A stretch of 64,000 nt of DNA, taken from contig JBFWSA010000001.1 in the NCBI GenBank assembly GCA_050248615.1, positions 13,100-77,099 on the forward strand. The letters run 5' to 3'. The translations under genes were made by a program, and so were the position numbers. The notes below the pieces were generated by a model. That model saw only the letters and a list, made by a program, of their open reading frames with translations. It was not told the origin of the DNA and made no database searches. Source of the stretch: Simkaniaceae bacterium (GTDB lineage Bacteria > Chlamydiota > Chlamydiia > Chlamydiales > Simkaniaceae). Within the stretch, counting starts at the first letter, position 1. Every line of letters starts with the position of its first letter. Below, one piece after another: positions 39,003 to 49,833 of the stretch.

Positions 39003-40226
39003 ATGAAACGGAATTATTTCTTTAATCTTAGCATGCTTTTGGCTCTTATCTTGGGGGGAATTCTTGGGAGCACGTCTATTCCTTTCGTGCACGCAGGTGC
39101 TGACGTAGTTAGTGAACTCTTTTTGAATATGCTCAAATTGATCAGCCTTCCTATGATTTTTCTCGCCATTGTTTCCACCCTTACGCGGATGAATAGTCTC
39201 CATGAAGCAGGTTACCTACTAAAAAAAATCTTTAAGTACACTCTTGCTACAACACTGATTGCAGCCACAATTGGCCTGATCCTTTTTCTGATCATTCAAC
39301 CGGTGAAAACAGGGGAACTCTCTGCTCCTGCATTTTCCCCTCTAAAAGAGAGTTACCTCTCCTTTTTAACCCAAATTATCCCCCCCAACCTCATTCAACC
39401 TTTTATAGAAAACAATGTGTTAGGGATGGCTTTTATTGGGACCATTTTGAGCCTCGCAATCCTCAAACTTCCCGATGAGAAAGGGAATATTTTACGGGAT
39501 TTTTTTGGAGCCCTTTTCGAGGCTCTCTTGAAAGTCACTTCGGCATTAATTTTACTCATGCCTCTCGGCATTTTTGCTTTTACGATCCAGTTTTCTCGAA
39601 ACATCCAAGCCGAATCTCACCAACTCCAAGAGCTATTATTTTATGGAGTCTGTGTCGTTGCCGCTAACTTGATTCAAGGCTTTGTCATTCTCCCTCTTTT
39701 GCTCAAATGGAAAAAACAGTCTCCTATCCGCGTGGGCCGCGCTATGTTACCTGCTTTGACAATGGCTTTTTTCTCAAAATCATCGAATGCGACTCTCCCT
39801 CTCACCCTCGAATGTGCTAAAAATCGTTTGGGAGTTTCCGATAAAACAGCCAGTTTTAGTCTTCCCCTCTGCTCTGTCATTAATATGAACGGATGTGCAG
39901 CATTTATTTTGATTACCATCTTTTTCGCATGTAAGAGTCAGGGGATGACCTTCACTTTAGGGGAAATGATTCCGTGGATCTTTCTCTCCACCCTTGCCGC
40001 GATCGGCAATGCAGGTGTTCCCATGGGGTGTTTCTTTTTAACAACAGCTTTCTTAGTAGGGATGGGTGTCCCCCTTGAAATGATGGGGATGATTCTTCCC
40101 CTCTATTCTATTTTCGACATGGTAGAAACAGCTCTCAACGTTTGGTCAGACAGTTGCATCACAGTGGTTGTTGACAAAGAAGTGCGTGAGAAATCGGCTC
40201 AACCTGCTGCGTTAGCCCTCCACTGA
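39003..40226 (+). CDS. dicarboxylate/amino acid:cation symporter (DAACS)
   Basis: AFFSKSSNATLP, INMNG, AIGNAGVP, DMVETALNVWSD. Confidence 0.9.
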   Translation: MKRNYFFNLSMLLALILGGILGSTSIPFVHAGADVVSELFLNMLKLISLPMIFLAIVSTLTRMNSLHEAGYLLKKIFKYTLATTLIAATIGLILFLIIQPVKTGELSAPAFSPLKESYLSFLTQIIPPNLIQPFIENNVLGMAFIGTILSLAILKLPDEKGNILRDFFGALFEALLKVTSALILLMPLGIFAFTIQFSRNIQAESHQLQELLFYGVCVVAANLIQGFVILPLLLKWKKQSPIRVGRAMLPALTMAFFSKSSNATLPLTLECAKNRLGVSDKTASFSLPLCSVINMNGCAAFILITIFFACKSQGMTFTLGEMIPWIFLSTLAAIGNAGVPMGCFFLTTAFLVGMGVPLEMMGMILPLYSIFDMVETALNVWSDSCITVVVDKEVREKSAQPAALALH

Positions 40227-40299
40227 AGTTGTTTGAGTATAATTGAGGCCTCCTTTAATATGCGGCATAATTCAATTTTTAATTTTTTAGGAAAAATTT

Positions 40300-41370
40300 A
40301 TGGATATCAAGCGTGAATCAATTCTCGTCTCCGCCGTACGCTCTTTTTGCAATACTTTTGCTGGAATGTTTGGAGTCATCGTTGGGATCATCATCATCGC
40401 AATTGTCATTGCAATTTTAGCTAAACCTCAAATGGTCTCTGATAAAACCACCATGATTATTGCTGCTGATGCAGAAGGGCAACGCGAACTCCTTCCCGCT
40501 TCTACACCAGCCATTTTGCGCATCAATATCCATGGAGTCATTGGAAGTCGCGATTTAAATAGTAAAACGTTTGAAGCGCAGCTTTTAGATTCTCGTGAAG
40601 GGGCCTTAAAAGGAGACCGCATCAAAGCCATTTACCTGCACATTAACTCTCCAGGGGGCGCCGCAACGGATGCTCACGATATCTACACAAAGCTTGTGGA
40701 GTATAAGGAAAAATATAAAGTGCCCATCTATGCTTATGTTGATGGCATGTGCGCTTCTGGCGGCATGATGATCGCTTGTGCTGCAGATAAAATCCTATCT
40801 TCTCCCATCGGAATTATTGGCTCTGTTGGAGTGATTATGGGACCTAATTTTAACGTCGCGGGGCTGATGGAAAAGTATGGGGTCAAACAACTCACCCTCA
40901 CGAGAGGTAAAGATAAAGATATGCTCAGCCCTTACCGTGAATGGAAGCTGGGCGAAGATCAATCTCTACAAGATATTATTGCCTATGATTATAATATTTT
41001 TGTGAATCTCGTGACCAAGGCACGCACACGTCTCAGTCGCACAAAATTGGTCAATGACTATGGGGCCCAAGTTTTTGACCCTGCTAAAGCCGAGGAATAT
41101 GGATATATTGACGATGGAAATAGTACCTATAACGCCTCTTTAAAAGAACTCGTCACCAAATCTGGCATTAAAGAGGATGAAAAATATCAGGTCGTTGAAC
41201 TTAAAGTCGTCCATCCCGTATTATCAGACCTCATTGAAGGAAAATCCCCAATTTTCACTGGAAAAGTAAAGCACGAGCTTGTAATCGGCCCTGATTTCCA
41301 CCCTGAACTCATGAACCGCCCCCTTTACCTTTATTCTCCAGCCCTTCAAATGTATGGCTCAGATGGATAA
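40300..41370 (+). CDS. S49-family peptidase (SppA/SohB-like)
   Basis: INSPGG, CASGG, GSVGV, KDMLSPY. Confidence 0.88.
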   Translation: MDIKRESILVSAVRSFCNTFAGMFGVIVGIIIIAIVIAILAKPQMVSDKTTMIIAADAEGQRELLPASTPAILRINIHGVIGSRDLNSKTFEAQLLDSREGALKGDRIKAIYLHINSPGGAATDAHDIYTKLVEYKEKYKVPIYAYVDGMCASGGMMIACAADKILSSPIGIIGSVGVIMGPNFNVAGLMEKYGVKQLTLTRGKDKDMLSPYREWKLGEDQSLQDIIAYDYNIFVNLVTKARTRLSRTKLVNDYGAQVFDPAKAEEYGYIDDGNSTYNASLKELVTKSGIKEDEKYQVVELKVVHPVLSDLIEGKSPIFTGKVKHELVIGPDFHPELMNRPLYLYSPALQMYGSDG

Positions 41371-41382
41371 AATACTTTTGAA

Positions 41383-44046
41383 ATGAAAAATTTATACATT
41401 CTCGACGCGGTCTCTTTCCTCTTTCGCTCCTATTTTGCGATTGGGCGCATGACCAATAAGCGTGGAGAGTCGACAAATGCCCTCTATGGTTTCATTCGGT
41501 CTATCCAGAAAATTATCAAGGATTTTTCCCCTGAAAATCTTGTCGCTGTCTTTGATGGGCCCAATAATAAACAAACACGCGTAGCCATCTATGAGGCCTA
41601 TAAAAGCAACCGTGAAGGAATGCCCGAGGACCTGTTTCCTCAGCTAGAGTGGGCTCATGAATACTGCAAGTATGCGGGAATCCCCTACCTTTCTGAAGAA
41701 GGGGTGGAAGCAGATGATCTCATTGGTACGATTGCTAAGTGGGCAGAAAAAAAGGGAGCCGAGGTCTTTATCTGTTCAAGCGATAAGGATCTCTGTCAGC
41801 TGATCACCGATCGGATTTTCATGCTGAATACTCATAAAGGGAACCTCCTCATTAACCGAGAAAAAGTCGAAGAGCTCCATGGGGTCAAACCCGAACAAAT
41901 TGTCGATTATTTAGCGATCATGGGTGATAAATCGGATAATATCCCAGGGATTCCAGGATTTGGTCCCAAAACAGCTGCCTCCCTTTTACAAGAATATGGG
42001 ACCTTAGAGAATCTTCTCTCTAGCTTGGATGGAATGGAAAATCAAAAAAGAGCAGAGAAAATCCGTATCCATGAAGCGGATGCCCGAATGAGCAGGCAGC
42101 TCGCTCAACTCATCCTCAATGTCCCCTTTCCTCTTGATCCCTCTTTTTATCATATTAAACCTCCCCATCTAGAAAAGCTAACGGCTCTCTACCAAGAGAT
42201 GAATTTTAACACTCTTCTTAAGGAATTAGGACAAGAAAACAGCGTCTTACCGGTCGAAGAACGCCCTCCTATTGAAGAAGAAAAGGTGGATTACCAGATT
42301 ATCGATGACCTCGAAGGGTTAAAAGCTCTCGTTACGACTTTAGGACAAGCACCCTCTGTCTGTATCGATACAGAAACCGATACACTCGCACCGATGGAGG
42401 CGCGCCTTGTAGGACTCGGTTTCTGTCTAAAGCCCCACCAAGCCTGGTATGTCCCCACAAACGGAAAATTGGGCCTAAGCACCGTCCTCCAAGAAGTCAA
42501 ACCTCTCCTAGAAAATCCCGCTGTAGGTTTCTATGGGCACAATATCAAGTATGACATCCACATTCTCAGAAATCATGGGATCCAACTGAAAAACATCTCC
42601 TTTGATACTATGATTGCTTCTTACCTTTTAAATCCTCAAAACAATCGCCACAGTCTTGACCACCTCTCTTTGGAAAAATTTCATAAGGTAAAGATTTCGA
42701 TCAAAGATCTCATCGGAACAGGAAAAAAGCAAATCTCCTTAAGAGAAGTTCCCATTCAAGACGTGGGACATTATTGCGCCGAAGATGTCGATTATACCTG
42801 CCGCTTAAAAAAGCTTTTCGAAAGCGAGCTTGCAAAAGAAAACTTATCTCAGCTTTTCTACGAAATGGAGCTCCCTCTCATTCCTGTATTAGTTGCCATG
42901 GAACGCTTTGGTATGTATTTAGACCAAGAGCAACTGCATACGATGTCTGGTGTGTTAAGACAAAAACTCGAAAGGATCGAAAAAGAAATCTATGATTTAG
43001 CGGGGGAGCCGTTTAATATCAAATCCCCCAAACAGCTAAGCGAAATTCTTTTTGATAAATTGCAAATCTCTATTGGCAACAAGAAAAAAAGTACCCGTGC
43101 AGACATTTTAGAAACCCTCAAACAAGACTACCCCATCGCAGCAAAAATCTTAGAGTTTAGAGGACTGGAAAAGTTGCGCTCCACTTATGTTGAAACTTTG
43201 CCCCTCCAAGTTTACGAAGATACAGGACGTATTCATTGCACATTTATGCAGACAGTAACAGCAACAGGACGTCTTTCCTGCCAAGATCCTAACTTGCAAA
43301 ATATCCCCATCCGCTCCGAAGAGGGGCGTAAGATCCGCGAGGCGTTCAAACCTGATGATGACGCATGGTGCTACCTCTCTGCAGACTACTCGCAAATCGA
43401 ACTCCGCCTCTTAGCGCACATGAGCCAGGACCCAAAACTTCTCGCAGCCTTTCAAAACGAAGAAGATATTCACGCCTCGACTGCTGCAAGTGTTTTCGAT
43501 GTTCCTCTAGATCAAGTGACAAAAGAGATGCGCGCCCAAGCAAAGGCAGTGAACTTTGGGATTCTCTATGGACAGCAAGCCTTTGGTCTTTCTGAGGGCC
43601 TGGGCATTGATATTCAGGATGCAGCTCAGTTTATTAAAAAATATTTTAATAAATACCCCGCTGTGAAAGCTTTTTTGGAAAAGTGTAAGGAGTCTGCCCA
43701 TGAAACTGGGGTGGCTACAACTCTTTTTGGACGGAAACGTCCCATCCCAGAAATCCACAGCTCTAACGGGATGATCCGTGCCGCTGCCGAACGTTTAGCT
43801 GTCAATACCCCCCTTCAAGGAACCCAAGCCGATATCATTAAACAAGCCATGATTAAAATTCATGCTGCTTTAGATCAAAAAGCCCATATGGTTCTCCAAA
43901 TCCATGATGAACTCATTTTTGAACTCCCCAAGAAGAATGTGGAGTGGGTCAAAAATACGGTTACCGCGATTATGGAAAACATCGTTTCCCTCTCAGTCCC
44001 TTTAACAGTCAATATAGCCATTGGAAAAAATTGGGGGGAGTGCTAG
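41383..44046 (+). CDS. polA: DNA polymerase I
   Basis: 5'-3' exonuclease (EADD, GDKSDNIPG), DTET, TATGRLS..PNLQNIP, DYSQIELR, AKAVNFGILYG, QIHDEL. Confidence 0.98.
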   Translation: MKNLYILDAVSFLFRSYFAIGRMTNKRGESTNALYGFIRSIQKIIKDFSPENLVAVFDGPNNKQTRVAIYEAYKSNREGMPEDLFPQLEWAHEYCKYAGIPYLSEEGVEADDLIGTIAKWAEKKGAEVFICSSDKDLCQLITDRIFMLNTHKGNLLINREKVEELHGVKPEQIVDYLAIMGDKSDNIPGIPGFGPKTAASLLQEYGTLENLLSSLDGMENQKRAEKIRIHEADARMSRQLAQLILNVPFPLDPSFYHIKPPHLEKLTALYQEMNFNTLLKELGQENSVLPVEERPPIEEEKVDYQIIDDLEGLKALVTTLGQAPSVCIDTETDTLAPMEARLVGLGFCLKPHQAWYVPTNGKLGLSTVLQEVKPLLENPAVGFYGHNIKYDIHILRNHGIQLKNISFDTMIASYLLNPQNNRHSLDHLSLEKFHKVKISIKDLIGTGKKQISLREVPIQDVGHYCAEDVDYTCRLKKLFESELAKENLSQLFYEMELPLIPVLVAMERFGMYLDQEQLHTMSGVLRQKLERIEKEIYDLAGEPFNIKSPKQLSEILFDKLQISIGNKKKSTRADILETLKQDYPIAAKILEFRGLEKLRSTYVETLPLQVYEDTGRIHCTFMQTVTATGRLSCQDPNLQNIPIRSEEGRKIREAFKPDDDAWCYLSADYSQIELRLLAHMSQDPKLLAAFQNEEDIHASTAASVFDVPLDQVTKEMRAQAKAVNFGILYGQQAFGLSEGLGIDIQDAAQFIKKYFNKYPAVKAFLEKCKESAHETGVATTLFGRKRPIPEIHSSNGMIRAAAERLAVNTPLQGTQADIIKQAMIKIHAALDQKAHMVLQIHDELIFELPKKNVEWVKNTVTAIMENIVSLSVPLTVNIAIGKNWGEC

Positions 44047-44049
44047 ACT

Positions 44050-44631
44050 TTGAAGAAAATAGCGATAACAGGCGGCATCGCTTCTGGGAAGACAACTGTG
44101 TGCCGCATTCTTAAAAAGCACGGAGCTTACCAACTCAATTCTGATGACATCATCCATCAGCTACTTTCTGAAGATAAAACCACCATTGATCAAATCGTAG
44201 ATCTTCTTGGACCGAGTATATTAGCAGATGGAAAAATTGATCGGAAAAAAGTCGCTGCAATTGTCTTTTCCGATCCTCAGAAGCTAAAAGCTTTAGAAGG
44301 CATTCTTCATCCCAAACTGTTTCATGCCATTTGGCAAGAGCATAAGCGTGTTTTAAAAGATGGGAATTATCGGCTTTTCTCTGTTGAAATGCCTCTCATC
44401 CAAGAAATAGGGAAAGAAAAAGATTTCGATTTTGTCATCGCAGTGATTTGCGATGAAGGGCAAGCGATAGCGCGCAGCCATTTTTCTGAAGAAGATTATA
44501 AAAGGCGCATGAACAATCAATGGCCCATAGAAAAAAAAGCCCAGTTTGCTGACTACGTAATAGTCAATAAAGGGTCTATTAAAGAATTAGAAAAACATGT
44601 TCTCGACCTTATCGAGACCCTAACTAAATAG
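44050..44631 (+). CDS. coaE: dephospho-CoA kinase
   Basis: [18 protein letters not shown]; follows polA. Confidence 0.92.
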   Translation: MKKIAITGGIASGKTTVCRILKKHGAYQLNSDDIIHQLLSEDKTTIDQIVDLLGPSILADGKIDRKKVAAIVFSDPQKLKALEGILHPKLFHAIWQEHKRVLKDGNYRLFSVEMPLIQEIGKEKDFDFVIAVICDEGQAIARSHFSEEDYKRRMNNQWPIEKKAQFADYVIVNKGSIKELEKHVLDLIETLTK

Positions 44632-44645
44632 GAGAATTGTTCGGA

Positions 44646-45995
44646 ATGAACGAAGAAAATACGCATAACGCAACCTCAGAAGACGCAAAGCCCCCTCTCC
44701 ACAAAAAACCCCGTGAACAAAAACCCCCTAAAGAGCCTACGATTACTAAGATTGCTGATCTCCAGCGCATGAACATCGATCAACTCAGCCAATATGCAAA
44801 AAATATCGGTTTAGAAAATATCGCCTCTTTGACTAAGTCCCAAATCGTCTTTGAAGTCGTTAAAATGAAATCTGCCTCGAAAGATGAGGTCCTCGTAGGT
44901 GAAGGGGTCCTCGAAGTGCTCCCCGATGGTTTTGGTTTCTTGCGCTCTCCCAACTACAACTACCTTCCTTCAGCAGAAGATATTTATGTCTCTCCCGCCC
45001 AAATCCGTCGCTTTGACCTCAAGAAAGGAGATACGGTCTATGGAACGATTCGCTCTCCCAAAGAAAAAGAGAAATACTTTGCCCTCCTGAAAGTCGATTT
45101 TATCAATGAACAGTCCCCAGAAAAATCTAAAGAACGGATCTTCTTCAACAACTTAACCCCTCTTTTCCCGACAGAGCGCTTAGTCATGGAAACAACGAAA
45201 GACCAACTCTCCATGCGCGTTCTTGACTTAGCAGCTCCTATTGGGAAAGGACAACGGGGACTGATTGTCGCCCCTCCCAAAACCGGTAAAACCATTCTTC
45301 TCAAAAATATCGCGAACTCGATTGCTACCAATCATCCTGAAGTGGTCCTGATCGTCCTCTTAATTGATGAGCGTCCAGAAGAGGTAACCGACATGCAGCG
45401 CATGGTTAAAGGGGAAGTCGTCTCTTCAACTTTTGATGAACCCCCTGAGCGTCATACCCAAGTAGCTGAAATGGTTATTGAAAAGGCTCGCTCTCTTGTG
45501 GAAACAGGAAAAGATGTCGTCATCCTCTTAGATTCCATTACTCGCCTCGCGCGCGCTTTTAATACGGTCCAACCCCACTCCGGGAAAATCTTAACAGGGG
45601 GGGTCGATGCCCACTCTCTCCATAAACCCAAGCGTTTCTTTGGAGCTGCCCGGAATGTCGAGCATGGAGGGTCTCTCACCATTATCGCTACCGCTCTTAT
45701 CGAAACAGGCTCCCGTATGGATGAAGTCATTTTCGAGGAATTCAAAGGAACAGGTAACATGGAACTGGTGCTCGATCGCCGCTTGGCCGATCGTCGAACC
45801 TACCCAGCCATTGATGTGGTGAGAAGTGGAACGCGAAAAGAAGATCTCCTTTTCCACCCTGAAGAACTCGAAAAAATCTATCTCTTGAGACAAGCTCTTT
45901 CCGACCTCAACCCCCTTGACGCCATGAATCTTCTCTTGAGCCGATTAAAGAAAACCAACTCTAACGCTGAGTTTCTATTATCCATGAAAGAATAA
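44646..45995 (+). CDS. rho: transcription termination factor Rho
   Basis: [39 protein letters not shown]. Confidence 0.98.
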   Translation: MNEENTHNATSEDAKPPLHKKPREQKPPKEPTITKIADLQRMNIDQLSQYAKNIGLENIASLTKSQIVFEVVKMKSASKDEVLVGEGVLEVLPDGFGFLRSPNYNYLPSAEDIYVSPAQIRRFDLKKGDTVYGTIRSPKEKEKYFALLKVDFINEQSPEKSKERIFFNNLTPLFPTERLVMETTKDQLSMRVLDLAAPIGKGQRGLIVAPPKTGKTILLKNIANSIATNHPEVVLIVLLIDERPEEVTDMQRMVKGEVVSSTFDEPPERHTQVAEMVIEKARSLVETGKDVVILLDSITRLARAFNTVQPHSGKILTGGVDAHSLHKPKRFFGAARNVEHGGSLTIIATALIETGSRMDEVIFEEFKGTGNMELVLDRRLADRRTYPAIDVVRSGTRKEDLLFHPEELEKIYLLRQALSDLNPLDAMNLLLSRLKKTNSNAEFLLSMKE

Positions 45996-46058
45996 AATGA
46001 TTTTCTTTTTTTTCCCGGTCCCCTACGATCTGGAAATAGGGAATGAAATAGTTTTAAT

Positions 46059-47390
46059 ATGGTTTCAGAGACAGGAAAGTCAAAAAAAAAGCTTCTCCTT
46101 ATCACTTCCTCGGGAGGTGGGGGGCATTTACAAGCCGCCCAAGCTCAAAGACTAAAAGCTTTGAGTGAAAACCCTTCTACGGAAATTTTACAGAGAGATA
46201 TTTTAATTGATTGGGTCGGGAAGCGCTTTGGCAAAGGGTTCGTCTACCTCTGGAATATCTCCCAGAAGAAAGGGAACCTGAAGCTTTTAACCTTTCTTTC
46301 CATGAACATCCCCGTTGCAGACTTTCTTTTCTACCTCCATATTTTTTCACGCGTCCTCATCACGATCGTTAAAGAAGACATCGACCAGGTGATCGACACC
46401 CAGCCTGTGGGAACCTCGGCGATTATTCGAGCGATTAAATGGGCGCGCAAGATTACCAACAAACCCCTGAAACTTGAAAAAATCGTTACGGAACTTCCCA
46501 CTGACAAAGTCCACCATTTTTTCAAACCGATTAAAAGCTTAAAGCCCCCCTCTCGCTCCTTTCTGAAACTCATCACCACGACCCCGCTTCTCAATCAAAA
46601 CCAAACAGCAGATGCCTTCTGGCAAAAGAACTGTGGGCTGACAGAAAATGAGGTCTGTTATGAGAGCTTCCCTTTGCGCCCCTCCTTTAAAAAGTTTCAA
46701 AATGTCCTCCGTCAAACCAACGAGCGGATGAGTATTGAGATCCATGTACACTCGGCAGAAGAAAAATTTTTGATTGCCGATACCATTAAGCATGGAAGCC
46801 TCCACTCCGAAATCTATCGTGACAAAATCGTCATCACCATTGAGCCCAACGACAAAGTCTCTACGATTCTTTTAGGAAGTCAACCCACAGAAGAAGCAAC
46901 CATCAAGTATGTCAAACACTATATCGAGATGATGAAAAAAGCAGATCCTATTGAGCGTCATCTCCTTTTTGTCTTCTGCAACTCCCACACAGAACATAAG
47001 AATAGTCTCCTCAGACGGGTCCATGATTTTGTACAAAAAATCTCTGCATACCCCCCCTGTCTCAACATCATCCCCATGTGTTTTCAGGGAGATGAAGTGA
47101 TCGCCCCCCTCTATTTTCGTAGTGATGCCACCTTCACCCGCTCAGGAGGCCTCACCTCTATGGAACTCATGTCCGTAGCCCAAGGGCAGATCTGGATCCA
47201 TTCGGAAACAAAACACGGCACCATCGACGGGGAAAAACTGTGCAAAGGAATGCCGATTTGGGAAAGGGGCAATGCCACCTATCTCCAAGAAAAAAAAGGG
47301 GCTCGCTTCATTACACCAGAAACCTTTGCAGAAGCCTGTCAATCCTACTTTCTCCTCGACTCAACAACCCCCGCTGCCACTAGCATTTAA
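46059..47390 (+). CDS. hypothetical protein with GT28/UgtP-like glycosyltransferase motifs
   Basis: ITSSGGGGHLQAA, TRSGGLTSMEL, WERGNA. Confidence 0.55.
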   Translation: MVSETGKSKKKLLLITSSGGGGHLQAAQAQRLKALSENPSTEILQRDILIDWVGKRFGKGFVYLWNISQKKGNLKLLTFLSMNIPVADFLFYLHIFSRVLITIVKEDIDQVIDTQPVGTSAIIRAIKWARKITNKPLKLEKIVTELPTDKVHHFFKPIKSLKPPSRSFLKLITTTPLLNQNQTADAFWQKNCGLTENEVCYESFPLRPSFKKFQNVLRQTNERMSIEIHVHSAEEKFLIADTIKHGSLHSEIYRDKIVITIEPNDKVSTILLGSQPTEEATIKYVKHYIEMMKKADPIERHLLFVFCNSHTEHKNSLLRRVHDFVQKISAYPPCLNIIPMCFQGDEVIAPLYFRSDATFTRSGGLTSMELMSVAQGQIWIHSETKHGTIDGEKLCKGMPIWERGNATYLQEKKGARFITPETFAEACQSYFLLDSTTPAATSI

Positions 47391-47416
47391 TTAGGAAGTA
47401 TGCGATATTTCCTTCT

Positions 47417-48760
47417 ATGCGTACCCTTCCAAAAACGATTAGTCCTATTCTAGAAGCGATTAAAACACGTAACTATACAGTTGCAGTTGTTGGGTTGGGT
47501 TATGTGGGTCTCCCCCTTCTCATGGCCTTTCATGAACAAAAGTTCTCCGTCTTAGGGATTGACATCGATGCTAATAAAATCGACTCGATCCAAAATGGGT
47601 TCTCTTACTTGAAACATATCCCCGATACGGCGATTCAAAACCTGCAAGAATCGGATCGGTGCAGGGTCACAACCGATTTTTCCTTAGCAAAAGATGCCGA
47701 TGCCCTGCTCATTTGTGTCCCCACTCCTCTCTCTCGCCATCGCGAGCCCGACCTTTCCTACGTGGAAAAAACTGTCAAAGCCCTCTCTCCTCATATGAAA
47801 AAAGGGCAAATTCTCATCTTAGAATCAACGACCTATCCCGGAACAACCGAGGAAGTTGTCAAGCCAATCTGTGAAAAGATTTCGGGACTAAAATCTGGAA
47901 AAGATTTCTATCTCGCTTATAGCCCCGAAAGAGAAGATCCCGGGAACTTACAATTCGAAACAGCAACCATTCCCAAAGTGGTGGGTGCAGAAGGAGAGGA
48001 AGCCCTAGAAATCGCTACTCTCCTCTACTCTGAAGCTATCCAAAAAGTGGTCCCCGTCTCCAGCACAAGAACGGGGGAGGCTGTCAAGCTTCTCGAAAAT
48101 ATCTTTCGTTCGGTAAATATCGCTCTTGTCAATGAACTTAAAATCGTTTTCGACAAAATGGAGATTGATATCCATGAAGTGATCGAAGCAGCGAAGACGA
48201 AACCCTTCGGATACATGCCCTTTTATCCCGGACCTGGACTCGGCGGCCACTGTATCCCCATCGACCCTTTTTACCTCACATGGAAAGCGCGAGAACTGGG
48301 GATTCATACCCGTTTCATTGAGCTCGCAGGAGAGATCAACACGGCCATGCCCCACTATGTGATCAAACGCACTATGGAGGCGCTCAACAGTCAGAAAAAA
48401 GCGGTAAACGGGAGTCGCATTTTGTGTATTGGCCTTGCCTACAAACCCAACATCGGGGACTGTCGAGAGTCTCCTGCCTTTACAATTATGGACCTCCTCC
48501 AAGCCCAAGGAGCTGAAGTGGAATACTTTGACCCTTACATCCCCGAGGTCCCCCAAACACGCGAACATAAAAATTGGCACAAGAAAAAGTCGATCATTTG
48601 GGATAAAAAGGCTCTCTCTTCATTCGCTGCCGCTATTGTCATTACCCATCATAGCAGTATCCCCTACCCAGACCTCCTCGCCGCCTGTCCCTTGATTATC
48701 GACACCCGTAATGCCTGCGCCGATTATCCTTCAAAACCTAGCCAAGTCTGGAAGTCATGA
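47417..48760 (+). CDS. UDP-HexNAc 6-dehydrogenase (WbpA/WecC family)
   Basis: GLGYVGLP, ICVPTP, ESTTYPG, SPEREDPG, KLLEN, GGHCIPIDP. Confidence 0.92.
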   Translation: MRTLPKTISPILEAIKTRNYTVAVVGLGYVGLPLLMAFHEQKFSVLGIDIDANKIDSIQNGFSYLKHIPDTAIQNLQESDRCRVTTDFSLAKDADALLICVPTPLSRHREPDLSYVEKTVKALSPHMKKGQILILESTTYPGTTEEVVKPICEKISGLKSGKDFYLAYSPEREDPGNLQFETATIPKVVGAEGEEALEIATLLYSEAIQKVVPVSSTRTGEAVKLLENIFRSVNIALVNELKIVFDKMEIDIHEVIEAAKTKPFGYMPFYPGPGLGGHCIPIDPFYLTWKARELGIHTRFIELAGEINTAMPHYVIKRTMEALNSQKKAVNGSRILCIGLAYKPNIGDCRESPAFTIMDLLQAQGAEVEYFDPYIPEVPQTREHKNWHKKKSIIWDKKALSSFAAAIVITHHSSIPYPDLLAACPLIIDTRNACADYPSKPSQVWKS

Positions 48761-49833
48761 AAATTCTCAATATCGTCGGAGCCCGTCCTAATTTCATGAA
48801 AATGGCTCCTCTCCTTGCAGCCATGCAGAAAAGCGTTAAAATCACCCCCCTTCTATTGCATACAGGACAACACTACGACTACAAAATGTCCCAGGTGTTT
48901 TTCGATAACCTCGGACTCAAAGAGCCCGATATCTTTTTGGAGTGTGGAGGAGGATCTCACGCTACACAAACAGCCAAAATCATGCTCTCTTTTGAACCCA
49001 TCCTTCTCAACAATCCGGTAGATCTAGTCGTTGTCGCAGGAGATGTCAACTCCACCCTTGCCTGCAGTTTAGTTGCCAGTAAACTCCACATCCCCCTTGC
49101 CCATATCGAGGCAGGACTCCGCAGTTTTGACCGAGAAATGCCCGAAGAAATTAACCGCATCGTGACCGATAGCCTCTCCGATTACCTCTTCACAACCTGT
49201 GAAGATGCCAATAAAAATCTCCTCAAAGAGGGATGTGCACCTGAGAAGATCCACTTTGTGGGTAATCTCATGATCGATACCCTTTGCCTGATGCTCCCAA
49301 AAGCGCGGGCCTCTTCGATTCATCAAGACCTCGCTTGCCCTCCGACCTATGGATTAATCACGCTCCACCGCCCTTCGAACGTTGATTCTCCCGCAACCTT
49401 TTCTGGGATTCTCGACTCACTTGAAGCCATCCAAAAAGATCTTCCCCTCATCTGGCCCCTCCATCCTCGCAGTAAAAGTGCGATTGAAAAACACGGGTTT
49501 GGAAAGAGAATCGCTTCTCTCGCTAACTTAAAAATCATCGACCCTCTCGGTTATATTGACAATCTCTCGTTAATGGATAAAGCGCGCGTGGTCCTTACCG
49601 ATTCGGGGGGAATTCAAGAAGAGACAACAGTGCTTAACGTTCCCTGCCTCACGCTCCGTAAAAATACCGAGCGTCCCATCACCATTACCGAAGGGACTAA
49701 CCGCTTAGTCGGCGTTGAAACCCAAAACATCTTAGAAGGATTCCATGCGATCGCAACCATCTCCCCTAAATCGCCCCCTCTTTGGGATGGGAAAACAGCC
49801 TCTCGAATCGTCAAAATCCTGGAGGCTTTATGA
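48757..49833 (+). CDS. wecB: UDP-GlcNAc 2-epimerase (non-hydrolysing)
   Basis: GARPNFMK, HTGQHYD, HIEAGLRS, PEEINR, TDSGGIQEE. Confidence 0.92.
   Translation: MKILNIVGARPNFMKMAPLLAAMQKSVKITPLLLHTGQHYDYKMSQVFFDNLGLKEPDIFLECGGGSHATQTAKIMLSFEPILLNNPVDLVVVAGDVNSTLACSLVASKLHIPLAHIEAGLRSFDREMPEEINRIVTDSLSDYLFTTCEDANKNLLKEGCAPEKIHFVGNLMIDTLCLMLPKARASSIHQDLACPPTYGLITLHRPSNVDSPATFSGILDSLEAIQKDLPLIWPLHPRSKSAIEKHGFGKRIASLANLKIIDPLGYIDNLSLMDKARVVLTDSGGIQEETTVLNVPCLTLRKNTERPITITEGTNRLVGVETQNILEGFHAIATISPKSPPLWDGKTASRIVKILEAL

Noticed and set aside
48005..48580. 191-aa antisense ORF and other short shadow ORFs
   Set aside because: They overlap well-supported genes on the opposite strand or in another frame and have no motifs
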